From: Mizuhopecten yessoensis
Taxonomy: Eukaryota
DNA: 64,000 nucleotides
Direction of reading: 5' to 3'
NCBI RefSeq assembly: GCF_002113885.1
Contig: NW_018403513.1
Span: 1,216,726-1,280,725, forward strand
The notes under the pieces are model-generated. The model was not told the origin of the DNA. It ran no database searches and was given only the letters and a program-made list of their open reading frames with translations. Shown in pieces: positions 63,255 through 64,000 of the stretch (position 1 is its first letter; each line of letters begins with the position of its first letter). The position numbers and the translations under genes are program-made.

Positions 63255-63850
63255 TTGGTTGAAATTGTTTAACCTCCTATTAACAGCTAAGGTTATTGAA
63301 GGACGTGCCTCCATGTATGTCGTATGTGCATGCATGCATGAACGTTTGCCGGAGACATGGTATATTGGTGCATTTGCCTCCTTGTGATAGCACCGATCTG
63401 ATGCTGACTTTATAGTGCTATCTCACTGAAATACCATGCCACAGGCACCAAACACAGCATTCTGCCCAATCGCATTATAATGACGAGTGAAAAAGTTGTT
63501 GCCGTTACCTTAAATAAGGATTTTGGTATTTCGTGGCCTGGGGACAGAACCCATTATCTTCCTCACCTGGGCAATCGTTTAATATTCAAGCCAAAAGTGA
63601 GGTTTCGCTAGAAAATTAAAGATAGTTATCTGAGAGAAATATACAGATTCTAAATATTGCAATGGGTGCAGCAGATTTATTTTGGTCGCTTTTGTGTCCC
63701 CTTGTAGAGGGCTCAAAAGCAAATCCCAAATTCTGCAAGGGGTTCCCTCATTAGTCGCCTCTTACGATACATGCAGGTGTATTCTTATCTAGATCCCCGA
63801 CATGCAGGTGTTGCAGGAGGCTGGTACTAGTACTAGTAAATCACATGGCA
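63255..63850 (-). mobile_element. tRNA-derived Meta-type SINE, second copy
   Basis: Reverse complement shares cctcacttttggc...gtgaggaag, ggttctgtcccc, cagtgagatagcactataaagtc and the tail with the 868-1512 copy. Confidence 0.7.
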
Positions 63851-64000
63851 GATTAATATTTTGATGGTGCGGGACAATCAATCTTTAACATTTCCTTGAT
63901 ATAAACTACTATAAAGAATAAAGAATAATTTCCTGGTTTCAGTATTTCATTTTGTATTTTTGTCCAATATAAAAATAAAATAAAAACGTCAGACGTCAGG

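Overview
AT-rich eukaryotic genomic DNA, most likely from a bivalve mollusc (inferred from the co-occurrence of CORE-, V- and Meta-type tRNA-SINEs, Helentron-associated HINEs, CR1 and BEL/Pao fragments). Three protein-coding genes can be reconstructed by hand. (1) A complete 22-coding-exon receptor guanylyl cyclase of the natriuretic-peptide-receptor type, + strand 3316-28909, 1037 aa, with one probable GC-AG intron. (2) A 5-exon FAXDC2-like fatty-acid-hydroxylase/sterol-desaturase gene, - strand 40918-34322, ~267 aa, convergent with the cyclase. (3) A class-A peptide-type GPCR with a single coding exon, + strand 59805-60830. The rest is intronic or intergenic DNA with at least eight tandem arrays and many nested transposon relics. 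The most unusual structures are a 2.3-kb fold-back 20-bp satellite that changes orientation six times and carries an inverted copy of its own flank, a duplication-born candidate in-frame 24-nt microexon in the cyclase kinase-homology domain, a CACTA-ended, TA-flanked element carrying nested inserts, and a Meta-SINE with a conserved 5' extension bearing a recurrent hairpin motif. No prokaryotic-type system (CRISPR, operon) is present, and I cannot claim a wholly new biological system from sequence alone.
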